NCBI GenBank assembly: GCA_001244265.2
Contig: CDLV01000009.1
Location: 1,364,001 to 1,428,000, forward strand
Direction of reading: 5' to 3'
DNA length: 64,000 nucleotides
Source of the DNA: Microbotryum violaceum
Lineage: Eukaryota
A program made the translations under genes and the position numbers. Under the pieces are notes generated by a model that saw nothing but the letters and a program-made list of their open reading frames with translations, made no database searches and was not told the DNA's origin. Shown here in pieces: positions 48,458 to 62,702 of the stretch. Positions within the stretch are counted from its first letter, which is position 1. Every line of letters begins with the position of its first letter.

Positions 48458-50155
48458 ATGCCGTCCCACACCCCCTCCTCCCTTCATCTCAAACACCATC
48501 CTACCAGCCCCGCCAAGCCCGAGCAGCAGCCCAATGGGACGGGGACGGCATCTTCGGCTTCGACCTCGTCGGATGAGTTCATACGGTTCGCAGCGACGAT
48601 GCGCCTCCCTTTAGCTCCCGTTTGGAGTGCCGATGGAGCGGCTGGCGGGGAGATGGGGTCGGGCGGTATTGAAGGTGTAAGACAGGTACTGGCGGGGTGG
48701 GTGATGAGGTACGTCAGCATCCGGAAGTGTTCTCTGCGGGGATACCGTAGAGATTAGGGGCTGATTCCGTCTGTGTGGGCTCGCTCCGCTCCCTTGGGTG
48801 GGTGGACTTTAGGTACCTCCCACCATTACAATGCGTACTCCTCACTTTTTCCCCAACACCGACCTTCGTACACCCAACGTCAACCTTCCCATCCCATGCT
48901 TCGCCCTTTCCACCCGTCTCTTCCTCAACTCGATCAGGCTTGACGCTCACATCACGTGAGAATTCGAACAAGGAGGATGATCCTAAACCGACAAAGAATC
49001 CAGATGAACAAGATGAGCAAGAAGAGGAGGATAAAGTCAAGTTCAAGGTGTTGCCAATGATCTCGGGAACCGGGTTCGGTTTACCGATCGTTCATTTCAC
49101 CGGGGTTGGGTGGAGGCCTAGGGTGGGACAAAAGATGGGTATGTAGCTCGCATCGAACTCTTTCTAGAGCAAAGAACCTTTTCACCGACCCACCTTGTGT
49201 TCACTTTGCTCCCCACCAGTCGGTTCCCCCACCCTATCGACCCCCTCGCATGTTTCCCTCCTCCTTCACAACCTATTCAACGCGACTTTGCCGGCATCCC
49301 ACATTCCTTCGGACGAGTGGCGGTTTGACCCCGATTACGTCGTTCCGGCTTTCATTAGGGAACGACAAAAGATGGCGTTCCCTACCACGTCGGCTACGAA
49401 GACGGCGAATGAGGAAGCTGAAGAAGCTGAGCGAACCGAGGAAGGAATCGAGGCTGATGCTGAGGGCGGAGAGGAAAAGGAAGAAGAGCTCGCGCAGGAA
49501 GAAGAAGCTCGGTTGGCGATGGAAGAGGATGAGATGTACGCTGATCGGGGGTGGTGGGTTAATGTACGGACGGGGGAACCGATGGGTGGGGAGAAAGGGA
49601 GCGTTGAGTTTACGATTGTTAGGTCAGGGGTTCGCGCGACCGCGGGTTCGACTGGGTTAAAAGGGGTGGGAGCTGATTTCGTTTCTTTCGTTTGTTGGAC
49701 ACGTGACCAGTTTAACGATCGCAAACTCGATGATCACTGTCACCGGATCGCTCCTATCTTCCCCTTTCTCCTCCAAAGTACCCCCTCAGAATCCCATCAT
49801 CGCGACCTATCGATCGGGCCTCTCCAACGCGGCGGACGTGATGCGTCGTCATACGACGGAGGAACATAATAGGAAGAGGAAGGAGATGGCCAAAGAGTTG
49901 GGCGAGGATGATGATGAGTCCCAGAGTGAGAGTGAGAGTGAGAGTGAGGCGAAGGACGGAAGGAGGGGTGAGAGGGCCGTTAGTATGAGTCCGGTGGATC
50001 AGGTGCCGAGGGTCAAGGAAGAGGGAGTGGTGGGAAGCGTTCAGGAGGAGCGGAAGGAAAAGACGCAGAAGAAGGACAAGAAAGAGAAGAAAAAGAAGAA
50101 GGACAAAGAAGAAGGGTCCAAGAAAGAGAAGAAGAAGAGAAAGAAGGAAGAGTAG
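48458..50155 (+). CDS. RPA43: RNA polymerase I subunit A43
   Basis: MRLPLAPVWS..VRQVLAGWVMRYLPPLQCVLLTF; WRPRVGQKM/GSPTLSTPSHVSLLLHNLFNATLPASHIP; VEFTIV/SLTIANSMITVTGSL; Lys-rich tail. Confidence 0.85.
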
Positions 50156-50348
50156 AGCCACGGTGTTGCTTGGAACGTGGAATGGCATTCCAAGTTGCGC
50201 GTTATCATTGCTTCATTCATCAAGACACAGTCACATATGGGTATAGCCGCAAGATCGTAATGTAATGTACTGATAGAGAGAGTGTGGAGACATATAGCAA
50301 AGTGACTGTAGGAAGGGAACTATGGGAGAATGAGACACTTAGAGGCAC

Positions 50349-53300
50349 CTAATGAAAACCCATCCCTCTCCTTTCCCGATCTGCGAAACCCCCTTGGCCT
50401 TGCCAGGAACCCACCAAACCAACGCCGGTCCCGGTGTCTTTTGAAATCGCCCAAGTCGTTAACGAGCCTAGGAAGGAACTTGGACCGTCTTTGGCGCTCG
50501 CTGGAACAGGAACGGCGATCATTGAGCTTGTCGTTATCGGCGTAGAGGCGGAAGGGGATGACGGCGAGCGGCGGATTTTAATGGGGATACTAGTGGGAGG
50601 GGGAATGATCGCCGGGAGACTTGGAACGGGAGGTATATCCTCTTCTCCTGAAGGATGAGGTGCAGAAACGCTTCTAAATTGACTTGTGGAACGTTGGGAA
50701 CGCAAGTTAGCCATTGAGGGTCGTCGACCGACGGGCGTGGTGGCGAGGAGCGAGTCCGTCAGTTGTTGTTTCAATGAATGGCGCGAACAACTTGCTCCAT
50801 CCGTGTCAGGGATACTGTTGGCGATGACGGGAATGGGTAGGGGCGTCGCGACAACTTGGCCCGAGGTCGAGTCACTCGAAAGAGCTAAAGTCGCGGGTGA
50901 AAGAATTCGATGATGAGGATTCGCATGCGCGACAAAAGTACTGCGGATCGACGAGTCCGAAAGTCCTCGAGGGCGGAGTTGGCGTTCCAACAGCGTCGGC
51001 ATTGGAGCGGCACCTTCTTCTTTCGGGCCGGGAGCATGAGGTATCGAGTCGAGTACAGCGTTGGTAGTACTTGACATGGCGGGACGGTAAGATGCGAGGA
51101 GACGGTTGAAAGGGTTGTATGAACCTGCGACCGAAGTTGATGTCGAGTTCGCTGGGTTGCCTCGAGAAAGGAGTCTCCATGGTTCCGAAGGTTTGGAAGA
51201 AGGTGGAGGCACGTTCGAAGCTCCCGCGAAGATGCTGTTGAGATCACGCTTGACCTGGGAGCCGGTGCGTCGTCCACTCGTCCCTTGAGCATGGGCGCTG
51301 ATCGCACTCGAGGGGGAAGCGTTGGCCTCCACGCCGGTCTCTTCTTCGCCAGGGCGATCAGTTTGAGCAGCGCGTCGCACGGCTCCCCCTTTGCCAAATT
51401 CGACTTCGACGGTCGCAGATGAGACGGCGCTAACGCCTGCTTGTTTTGGTGCGGGTCGGGTTGTAGGGATTGGGGCAGCAGGACTAGCCTTCCTTCCCGG
51501 AGCTGCCAGAGTAGGTGGTGCACCGGTACTCGCTGAGGCTTCACTGCCCGGCATCAGAGCTGAGGGGATGAACCGCGACAGAGGCGAGAGGAAGCTGCTG
51601 CTCGTAGGCGTCGCCAACCTGCCTTGCACGAGATCGATCGCGCTCGGGTCGTCCAATTCCCGCAGGTTCGTAGCGAGATGAGGTTCAACCTCGACCCTGT
51701 TGACCAGCGTCCGCAGTCGAGAGAGCTCGAACAAGAGGTCACGGAACAGCTTGACGAGTGCGACAAAGTCTCGGCGCAGGACCATCGATTCGGTCGAGGC
51801 AACGTCGCCCGGTGCTTTTGAAGCCATTGCATCCCTTCCGGCCCCGGATTGTTCCCGCTCTAGCACCCTTCTGAAATGGGCTCGTAGCTCTTCAATGTCG
51901 TGGACCTGGTGCATTCCATTCCTCGGAGCAAGTCAGCAAAATATTCTGCAGCGCGCTCTACGCAGCTCAACAGCTCACCGACTCACCAAAGTTTTCATGT
52001 TCGCCAACGCGACGTGTCGCACATCTCCCGAAAGGTGTTGTTTCTTGAGTCGATTCTCTTGCGACGCAATATCCGCGGCCTGTATCCGCGTAAACAATCG
52101 TGTCGCATGATCGATCAAGCCGCTCAAAGCTGCGGTTCGCATCTCCATCGACGACGTGGGCGCGAGATGGTCGGTTTCGGGTGAAGGGTCCGTGTCCGAG
52201 AGGTCAGAGACTGTTGTGTTCGAGCGTGGAAGGCCGCTCCCGAGCCGAGGTGAGACGCTGCGAGAGGACGATGTGAAGCTGCCCCGTCGCGGGATTGATG
52301 TCGTTGGGTAATAGAGTATAGGCACTGGTGCCGGCGAAGTCTGTGTTCCCGAGTCAACCAGGGCTGAACGACCGTCGGGCGATAACCCCAGCGTGCGCCT
52401 TCGTTTCGTCGGCGAAATCGGGGCCGAGGGTGTCGAGACCTCAGCAGGCGTCGAGGATCGATTCGTTCGCATGCGCGGCGAGTTGCGCGCCGTGGAGCTA
52501 TATTGGAAGGGAGCCGAGTCGTCCTCTAGTACTTGAGGAAACAGAGGTGGGCCCAGCGCGAGAGAAAGTGGTCGATGATGCCGCCGAGGTCGAACAAAGC
52601 CCGTTGTGTCCTCGAGATCGCTTCCGTTCATCGACAACGACGAGGGCGGTCGGTTCTCTTGCCCATATTCCATATTCGGCGAAGTCGGTGTCCCACCCAC
52701 CGACATACGTCGCGAGTTGATCATATTGCTCATGGAAGTGACGTCGATGCTCATCGCTCGTCGCGCGTGGTGTCGCCTTCCGATCGGAATCCGCGGCGTA
52801 GGCAAACCTTCGGCTGACAAGACCGCGCTCATCTGGTCGGTGCCGCTGAATCTCCGATTCGTGTTGCGCGACGTACTGTTGGCCAAAGGCGTGAAGTAGG
52901 AATGTCGAATGGGTTCATCTGGAGCGTGGACGGACCCGTCGCTGCATGTCCGCGACAGATCAATGGTGCGATGCGAGTGGGATGCGGTCGAACGATGCAA
53001 AGAGGTCGCCCCGGTCGATGACGAGGAGAACGGTAGCGATGATTCGAAATCCGAGAACGAGTGCGAGGCTGATTGGGACAGGGAAGGCGAGCTCAAGACC
53101 TCGGACATCAGGTTTGAGGACAGTTCCGTCGGAATCCTGTGGCCGTCGAACTCGCCCTCCTCATTCGGATCGTCCTCGGCATGGAAAGGCAATCGGGATA
53201 ACTCTTTCCCATCGCGTGCTGTGTCCAGCAGACTTTGGAGCTCTTGGCTTTCGGACCGGAGCATCCCGTTCTCCGAGACGAGGCCTTCGACGAGCTTGAG

Positions 53301-54305
53301 CAACTCGACGGCTTCCGGATTGGCCGCGACCTCGGTGCCGTCCGAGCCCAAGATGGTTTCCGTCGAGGAGGCAAACTTGGCTTTGGCTTTAGCCAACGCT
53401 TCATAGCTCTTGCGACTGCGTAAGACCGTGTTCTGCCTCATTTCTTCGAGGTCTTGGATCGCGCGCTTGAGCCGTTCCTCCATCTCGGCCACTCTATCCC
53501 CTGCCTTTTTGACCCTGCTCTCGGCGTGTGTGGCCCGTTTCCGCTCCGAGATGAGTTCCTGCAACGTGTCCTCGTGGGTACGAGTTAAGGAATTGAGGGA
53601 GGCCGAGGTCGCAATGAGTTTGCCTGCGTCCGACGAGAGTCGGGTGATGGTTTTGCGATCCTCTTCCAGCGAGACGAGCAGGGCCCGGTTGTTGGCTTCG
53701 GCTTGTTCGAGGTTGTTCACAGTCTCTTCGAGTCTCTGCATGGCGGCCAGGAAAACTCATGATCAGCGATTCGGCACCTTGCGCTCTCTCATGGTGCCAC
53801 CGAAGCCCAAGTGGGGGCGGACAGGAGAGGGCCTCCTCTTTTTCACCCCACGTTTGCCCGCCTCGAATTAGTAGTGGCACCGTGGGCTTACCCTTTGCAG
53901 CTGCTGAGCCTCCTTGACGGCCGTGGCCAGTCGATCGAGCATCTTTTGGTTCCCTGTCTCGGCTGTCGCCAACCGCTTCTCCAACCCCGCCTTTTCCTCC
54001 AACAAGGCCTGCCCGACTTGAGCGGCCAATCGCAAGTCGGCTTCGAGCGCGGTCATCATCTGCTGAGGCGACGACGAGCCCGAGCCCGAGCTGTTCTTGA
54101 TGATGTTCCATGAGAAACCCGTAGTGGTCGAAGTGGAGGAGGTGGTGGAGCTTGACCCGGTTGGTGCATCGTCGAAGCGTTCGCTCGAGCGTCGTTGTAT
54201 GCTACGCAATGCCGATCCGAGCTCGAGCGACGGTCCTCCAACCGGGGTCGTTGTGGCTGCCGGCGACAAGCGCGATTGAGGCGACGACGGCGGCACGTGG
54301 GCCAT
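50349..54305 (-). CDS. Large uncharacterised protein with an N-terminal coiled coil (CC1-box-like motif) and long disordered regions
   Basis: Three long exons (within ORFs 53868-54359, 51975-53741 and 50349-51914) joined by GT-AG introns. Contains LEADLRLAAQVGQALLEEK followed by heptad-rich sequence. Confidence 0.8.
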
Positions 54306-55001
54306 ACCCGAGGGGGCTAGGACCATGCAACGCGTCGAGAGCGGAAGGAGATCGGCCAACCACTAGGCGCTAGTACTCGTGATGCGGGGTTGCTTGTTGT
54401 GTGGATCGTCGGTCTAAGTGGGGGCTGAAGTAAGCTTGCGAAGAGGGGGGTCGGACGGCCGCGTCGCGCTTGACCGGCTGTATTTTGTCGATAGTGTCGC
54501 GACGGTGACCGGTGAGCCGGTGAGCGACAGCGCCGCCCGTCCGTTGCGCGGTTTGCGCGCGTCCGTTCCATTCTTCTAACTCCCAAAAAGGCGATTGCGC
54601 GAACACCATCGAGTTCCCATTCCGAGCCGAAGGATTCGGGACCACTGATGAGTCATTCAGAGTCTGCTGATTGCACGCTAGCTAGACTGCAACAAGCTCA
54701 GAGTCACAGCTAGGGGAAAACCGAACGCATCACGTGATCCACGAGGCTACCACGATCGTCCGTCGTCTGACTCGACGTTAAGCGCGTCAAACGTTGAACG
54801 TTGAGGATCAAGATAGGTAATGTCTGTTACAGAAACACGAAGGCGCAAGGGCAGAACCAGCAAAACGAAATAAGAATATACGACAGAGCACTATGTATAT
54901 ATGTACAATAAACACATAGAACAGTTAGGGGGAACAGAAAGGAGGAGATGTGAAGAGATCGAGCAATCGATCACTCGTAGTTCCTCCGCCTCGTCGAAGC
55001 A

Positions 55002-58000
55002 CTACTGTTCCAGCCCGCGGAGGAAGCGCTCGATCGTAGCGTCGGTACCGTCGTCGAATGCGACAGCGATGATGCCTTGTACAGCGAATCGATACCGACG
55101 GTTGTAGGACTCGAGCTGAGATTAGCGCTCCCCATACCTCGTTGGTAAGCCGAGAGCGTCGGCGTCGTCCCGCTCGAAGGAAGTACGTTCGCGAGACGAG
55201 ATTCTTGCATGCTTCTCGGTCGATCGTTGCGTGCGGAGGGGTAGACGAGTTTTTCGCTATGATCCGAGGCGGAGATGATGGTTATTTCGCGTTCCATCTT
55301 TGCTTTTTGCCGCTGCAGCTCGGCGTTTTCCTTCAGGGTCGTCGTCAGGAGCGTTTGCTGTCGTGAGATCTCGTTCCGCAGGCGTGTCTGCAATAACGGG
55401 CGGGTCGAGCGGTCAGCGGCCTGGAAGAAAAGCAACATGAAGTCTCAAAACAACTCACGACGTTCAACTCAGCTAATTCGCGCAACTTCTTCTCACTCTC
55501 GTACTCGTCCTTGAGGCGATCAGCTGACGTGTCGCGCACCGGTTTGTTGGCCCACGCCTGTCGTCGTTCCGTCTCTCGCTCATGTTGCATATCCTCCACA
55601 GTCTGCGTCAACGTGGCCCTCGCGCGTTCCAGCGTACGCACATACGCATCCCGTTTCTCGCGATCGGCTCGCATGCGATCCATATCGAGGTTCTGCAAGC
55701 GTTGCGCCTCTTCGAGCACTCGGATATGTTCGACGACGGTTCGACCGGCCTTGTCCTCGGCGACGACGAGACGAGCATGCGTCGCGGCGAGCTCGCTGCG
55801 CAGGTCACCGTTAATCTTGTCCAAGTCGGCGAGGACGACGTGTTGTTGCTCGATCTGGTCCTCGAGCTTCCGTCGAAGAGAGGTCTGCGTCTCTTGTTCC
55901 TTGCGCATCGCCTCGAGTGCTTGCTGAAGCTGAGCAACCTCCCGACGCGCCGATCCCGTTTCGCGTTGAGCGGTGACGCTGGCTTCTTCGGCTTCGGTGC
56001 ATCGACTCTGGGCCGAAGCGAGGTCGCGCTCCCATTTCTCCCGCTCCTTGAGCATCGACTCGGCAGCCTTGGTGCGCATCAACTCGATCTCGAGGTCATG
56101 AGCCTGTTGCGCGCGTTCGAGATCGGCCGTCCGAGCCTCGAGTTCCGCAACGCGACTTGCACTCGCTCGTGCCGCTCTTTCCAAATCCGTCTTGTGCGAA
56201 CGAAGATCCAACGCCTCTTTGCGTGCTGCATCAGTGTCCTTCCGTAGCCGGGCCAAATCACTAGCGGATTCGCGTTGAAGAGAGCGCAATTCGTTCGTCG
56301 TCTTGGAGACTTGCAAGCGCAAATCTTGTACTTCGGCTTCCTTGATCTGGTTCAGCTCGGCCGTGCGTTGATGATCCGAGGACTTCTCATCGAGCAAATT
56401 TTTGAGCGTCAGGACGTCGGTGGCAGCTCTTGACTCGGCGGAACGGGAACTCTCGAGAGCGCGGGTCTGCTCAGCGAGGTCCTTAGTCAAGCTCGAGACG
56501 CGCAGCTCGAGTTCTCGGACTTGAGTCATCGCCGCTTCGCTCTTCTTGACGATGTAAGCGTGCTCTGCAGAGAAGAACACTGCGTCAGCAAAATGTCATC
56601 TGAATCAATACCACAAGCTGACCACACTCACCCGACGAGATACGAGCCAGCTCGCTCTCCTTTGCCTTGACTCCTGCCTCGACCTCCCGCTTCTGATTCT
56701 GCATCACCACAGCATGCTCTTTCGCCGCTCTCATCTCCCCCTCAAGCGCAACAAATTTTTGCCTCGCCTCCGTCGAAGCCTTGGTCTCCATCGCCAACCT
56801 CGATGTCAATCCCACAATCGAAGCATTCAACCTCTCCTGTTCGCGTTGTCGATCTTGCTTCAGTTCGACGAGTTGGCGTTGCAAATCGCTGGCCTTTGAA
56901 GCCGCCTCTTGTCGATCCTTCTTGACCGCCTCCCATTCAGCGGTCTTGACGGACGTTTGACTCGCCCATTCATGTTCCTTGGCCTTCCAAGCGGCCTGTT
57001 CAGACTGCAATGTCTCGAGCAACTTGTTTTGATTCCCATACGCGGCATTGAGTTCCCCCACGCGTTGCTCGGCTTGAGTCTTGGCCACCATCGCTCGTTC
57101 GAGCTGTCGATCGATCGTATCGATCTCCACGTCCGCTGCGGCCAAAGCTTCTTGCAGCTTGATTTCCCTCTCCTTCGATCGTTGAAGTTGCAACTCTCGA
57201 TCTTCGACGGCCAAGCGTTCATTCTGTAACGCCGCTTCCGTCTTCTTGTGCTCCACCTTGAGACGACGCTGAGCTTCTTCCAACCTTTCCCTCTCTTGCA
57301 AAGCCTTAACCGCCTCCTCCTTAGTCTTGCTCAACTCCTCCTCCTTCCTCCTCATCTCATCATCACTCCTAGCAGCCGCCAACAGAGGCCGTACGCGTTG
57401 AAACAAAGCCCACCAAGGCCAAGCCCTCAACTCGTTATAGATCCTCGCGTTCCTCTGAATCGTCCTCACCGCATTCGCGCGGTTCAAAACTTTGTTCGCT
57501 TGGCGTTGAACGATGAAGCGACGACAGGTCGCTTGGATGCGAGTGACGACGCCGGAAAGATATTCGTCGCGACGTTCTTCGAGTTCGGCGAGGATCCCGG
57601 CTTTGAAGAATACTTTGGTCAAACCGAGACGGTAGGATTCGGGACTGAGCTGTAGATGGTGCAGGATTGTTTGGGACGCTTGTCCGCCATCGAAGAAACC
57701 TTTGGGGATCAAACCTGGGGCCAGGAGTTCGAAGCGACGGCGAAATTCGGAAAAGGGGAGACGATTGGGGTAGCCTAATCGGGCAATACGAATCCCTTCG
57801 AGCACACCGTTGCAACGCAGTTGATCGAGCACGAGGGGGACATCGATTTGTCCGGGGGCTTTGGCGAGGTTGGGGACGATGCAACGGATGAAATGGGGTT
57901 GCGTCTCCTTCAATTGAGCCATCAGGTTCGCCAATTGTTCCTTGTGCCTTTGACCGACGGTCCTGAACGCTCCCTTTCGAGCTCGACTCCTCGGCGCCAG

Positions 58001-60922
58001 ATCACCCGCACCACCTCCCCCGGCAATTTCGGCTTCGGCGTACTCAGCAAACAGTTCGCCAACGTACGCGTCCGACGAGTGGGACAAGAGCGAAGTGATG
58101 TTGTCGTTGAGGGGGTCGCGGTTCTTTTCGAGCCAGCCTTCGGTACGGTATTCGACTTTGCCGGCGTAGTGGGAGACAGTGAATCCTTGTTCAATACGAG
58201 AGGGGGCGAACTTGGTGTATTGCGTCGAGATGGGTTTTTGCGTCGCCAGTTCGGTCATCTTGTCCGTGAACTAACGTGCATCGACGGGGTTCATCAGTGT
58301 CTACCGCAAGAAACATATTCACAATCCGGCTCGACTCACCGACTTGTCACTAGCCTTGGGCATAATGGACGCATCATCCAAGCAACTCAAAATACCCATC
58401 GGGTTGTTGGACTCGATCAAATCGATCGTCGGCTGAAGCTCCAACCCAAAATTGACGAATTCCCACGCGATCTCCTCACGCGAATATTCATCTTGCTCGA
58501 GTACGAACATGTGGTGGTTGAAGAATTGTTGGAGTTTCTGAAGAGGACATCAAAAAAGCATTTAAGGATCAGCCGGCTTGAGTTTCCAGACTTGCATGCT
58601 TTGCATCTGCGCACCTCGTTGGTCAAGTTGATGCAAAGCTGTTCGAAACCGTTCGTCTCGAAGATCTCAAACCCCGCAATATCCAACACCCCAATGAAAG
58701 TCTTCGTCGAAGGTCTGCCCAGTGCAGCGTTAATCTTCTCGACCATCGCCCCAAAGTTCTTCTCGTACAAAGCCTTGCTCAATGCCGCGATTTCATCGAC
58801 GACTTGTTTCGCCGACCGAGCTTGGACGACCCATTCCCTCCCAGCTTTGACTTTAGGTCTCACGAGCGCGTTCATGAAAGGCGTTTCGTCGAGTCCGAGG
58901 AGGAAGCAGACCTTCTCGAGTTGAGTTCGATCAACGAGATGGGCCTGATCCGTACCTCCGATTTGAATGTTGCCCAAATGCAAGATCGCTGCGATGATAC
59001 GGAAGAGACGAAGTTGTTCGTCGTCGGAGAAGCCAACGGTTTCAAGAGCTTTGCGTAAAAGTCTCCATTCTTGCTTATCGTCCATGCCATCGACGTCTTG
59101 ACGTCCTCCTGCGAGGTAAACGTAATCCTTCGATTGACCGGTCAAGAGCAACTGTTGACGCAAGCCCGAGTCGGCGCCTCGCAAGAGTTGAAAGAAAATG
59201 TGGAAGGAGCGTTCCTTATCGCAGCGGGAGGTGACGCGCGATTTCTCTAAGAGGTACCAGTCGATGTTGGCCCCCGCGATCGCGCCAATCGAGTTGAAAA
59301 AGATGCGCACGAACTTGCCCTGGGAGCGACAGAAATACAAGAAACATGGGTCATTCGTTTCGCTGATGCGGTCTGATACAATCTCGGACTCACGAAGCGT
59401 GACGAATTGTTATTTTTGACCGTTTGCGCATTACCAAACGCCTCCAAGATCGGATTCGCCTCCAATATTTGCCTTTCCAATTGGCCCAGTTTCTTACCCG
59501 TGGCTTGGTCGACCGTTCGGGATTCAACTTGGGCTTGTCGAGCCAAGAGGTCGAAGGAGGAGGAAGAGGGTAAAGGGTCCGCAGCGATCGCGGCGAGGTA
59601 TTGGATTACTTTCTTGGTGTTTTCCGTTTTACCGGCACCGGATTCTCCACTGTGGGCAGAGGGAATGGGGGGATGGTCAGCATTTTGGGGTCTGATAGTC
59701 TCTCCATCGGGACTCGATACTTACGTGACGAGGACACTTTGAGATTGATCCCGATGGGCGATCATGTTCTGCCATGCCTTTTCGGCGACGGCAAACACAT
59801 GAGGCGGGTTCTGATCCCTTCGGCGGTTCTTGTAGCCTGCAGCGTACAATCCGATGGGTGAGTATCGTTTCTAGATTCATCCTCTACGATAGGATGATTA
59901 CCTACTCTCGACAATCTTGGGTGTATAGATCGTTAACGGCCGATACGGATTGACCGCGACCAAGAACAAGCCCGAATAAGTCTGTCCATCGCGAGGTTTC
60001 AAGAGAACTCGTCAGCCGAAGCTCTTTGATTCCGCTCAACTCAGTAAGCGTTTGCGTTTCATGACAACCCGGACGGACGTAGATGGAATCGCTCATGTAG
60101 CGCGTGCGGAGGTTGTGTACTACGCTCGCTTCGTTGAGGTAGGTCAAGTCGGCGATATCGTCCGCGCCTTCGAACGTCGGGGGGTTCACGCGCGAGAGAT
60201 CCAGGGAGGGAATTTGGCGCACCTGAGTACAACAAAGGGCGGGGATCTATCAGTAGCTGTTTCGGATCATCTGAATGTGGTGTGGAGTAGACATACTGCT
60301 TCGCCCGAATCGATCGCGACAGCCGAGACCCCGTCCTCATCCTTGATGACCCATCCAGCGACGTATCCGTGCGTCGCGTCCGCCACCCAGACCCTGCACA
60401 CACACACGACGAAAGTCGCAGAAGCCAAGCACGTGTCAGTTAGCACCACTCCATTGTAACCACTATTTTGGTCGTCTTGTCGCATGTGATTGGTGTCCAA
60501 GGGCCGACAAGGACGCGTCTACTTCCGCAGTTGGACCCCCTTGCCTTCCAGCATGAGCAGGAGACTCATTCAACCCTCGAGCGGCCGACGTCCCCCGCCG
60601 GCACGCGTCCGAGTGGACCTTCGACCCGTGCTTCCAAGCATCCATCAGATACATGAACAACACGTTCCTTTCAACCCATCCCACCCGTACACCTCTGTTT
60701 CCCCCCGCAGATCCCAGTCCCATCCAATCCAATTCCCCGCGCAAGGTCCTCGTCCCCATCCGTCCGTCCGTTCCAATTGCGCACCCACAAAGCACACGTG
60801 AACCATCGGACCGGCACGACACAGCTGCTGCTGACATACCATCTCCTCGAATTCCACTGGGCGATCGCCGCCGCATCAGCAGCCACGTCCTGACCTTGAC
60901 CTCTTCTTGAAGTCGTTGGCAT
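55002..60922 (-). CDS. Type II myosin heavy chain (SH3-like N-terminus, motor domain, IQ region, coiled-coil tail)
   Basis: [90 protein letters not shown]; class-II signature [14 protein letters not shown]; long coiled coil. The last exon is inferred (..[10 protein letters not shown]). Confidence 0.93.
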
Positions 60923-61495
60923 CGTTTGGTTCACGCGCGTGCAAACGCGTGAGATGTGTATAGTGTCAGGACCTGAAGGGAAGGGTGGCTCGAGGAGCGA
61001 CTCGGCGTCATCCGGAGGGATGGGCGCACGCTGGCGCACGAGGGAAGCGTGTCATTTTCCTCGAATTTTGACACGTTTTTCTATTGTATTCGCTGGACTG
61101 GCTGACGCAGGGTTGGAAAGTAATGAACTCGTGGCAGTTATGATTACAGTAGAGCGGGGGAACAAAACCGGCCTCAAAAACGGGCAGAAAGGAGGGGGGC
61201 CAGGACTCAACGCCCGACGGAAACCAAACTCGAAAGACCACACGCAGTCAGAGGGAAAGGGGAACGACGTATAAGGTGCACTCGCAAGGACGATGGAATG
61301 GTAGGAGAACGAAATACGGATGCGATGGTTCACACAAGCATGTGACTAGGGTGGAGGGACCCTGAGTGGGAAGGAATGGGAGCTGACTCCGATCGAAGAC
61401 GACCGCCGAAGATGGATGAGGGATCGTCTTGACGTGAATTGAATCCGAACATTCATCCTTCTGAACTTTTCGAGGCGTGTAGACTGTCGCATCCT

Positions 61496-62702
61496 CTACA
61501 TAGCCAATTGGGCCTGCAATTGCCTCAATTCAGCCTCTTCCTCGTCCTCCTCGATCGCTTGTGCCGGCGTCTTGACTGTAGGCACGATACTCGTCGTAGA
61601 GAGCGAGGAGTTAGTGTAACGTCCATTCAATCTTCTTCCGCAACAGACGACCTACTTGGTACAGCCGCGGCAGGTGAATGTAATGGTGCGGCCTCGGCGC
61701 CGGCCAATCGGTTGTTGAGTTCCTCTTGTTCCAGTTCGGCCAGCTCGTCCAACACGTCTTGATCGTCGACCTGCATCAGAGTACCAGATAGTTCAGTGAT
61801 GATTCGACTGTGTCTCGATCCCTTGTCCGATCTATACTCACGTCGATACCCATCCCCGCTGGATTAGAAATGGCTTCCGAGATCTCGTTTGTGAGTTCGA
61901 GCTGATTGCGCACATCGTCCATCGTCGCGTCGACCTTGTCCACATTACTGTGAAATTGTATCACAATCTTAGCCCGCATGTTCTTTTGAGTACCCGAATC
62001 GATCCGGTCCGGACGCACAGCTTGCCATGGATCCCCTTGAGTACGTCAGCACCCTTCTTCATCGCCTCGAGCGTCTCCTTGTTCATATTCGCCGATTCAA
62101 TCGCGTTGACCTGCGGACCAAAAGCCAGGCGTACCATACCCATCAGTGCCCAGAGAGTGCGTTGCGAACAGATGCGCTGTGACCGGTGCGCACCTGGGTT
62201 GTGAGCGTCATCTTTCGCCCGGCGATGCTGTCGAGTTCATTCTCGTACAGCTTCTTTTGCCGCAGTGCTTGCTTGGCGACTGGTGCATAATACGAGAAGG
62301 AACGTGTGAGTAAGGGGTAGGGTTTCTGTTTCATCTCCTCCGCCACCTCGTCCCCCATCGCCCGTTCCCCCTTGCACGCCGCGTCCGTCCCGCGATCGTC
62401 ATCCGTGACTCGACCGATAACACATACCCATACCCATGCCCATACCCACTCCACACCCACTCGACCCATCCGACCCAAACCCACCACCACCAAAAGCTAC
62501 GCTCTCAAAACTCACCTCTCGGATTACTCGTCGCATTCGCCTTGGCCTTCCTCAACTCGGCCTCAATCTTGGTGCCCAAAAACTCCTCCTTCTTATCGAG
62601 CATCATCAAATGTTCCCTCAGATTGACGATCGCCTCGCGGGTCGAATCTCGAGAACCGCGCGAGGATCCCGAGCCGGTGAAGTAGGAGAGCCAGGACGAC
62701 AT
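61496..62702 (-). CDS. SNF7: ESCRT-III subunit Snf7/Vps32
   Basis: TREAIVNLREHLMMLDKKEEFL; AKQALRQKKLYENEL; NAIESANMNKETLEAMKKG; VDKVDATMDDVR; ELAELEQEELN; ends QLQAQLAM*. Confidence 0.95.
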
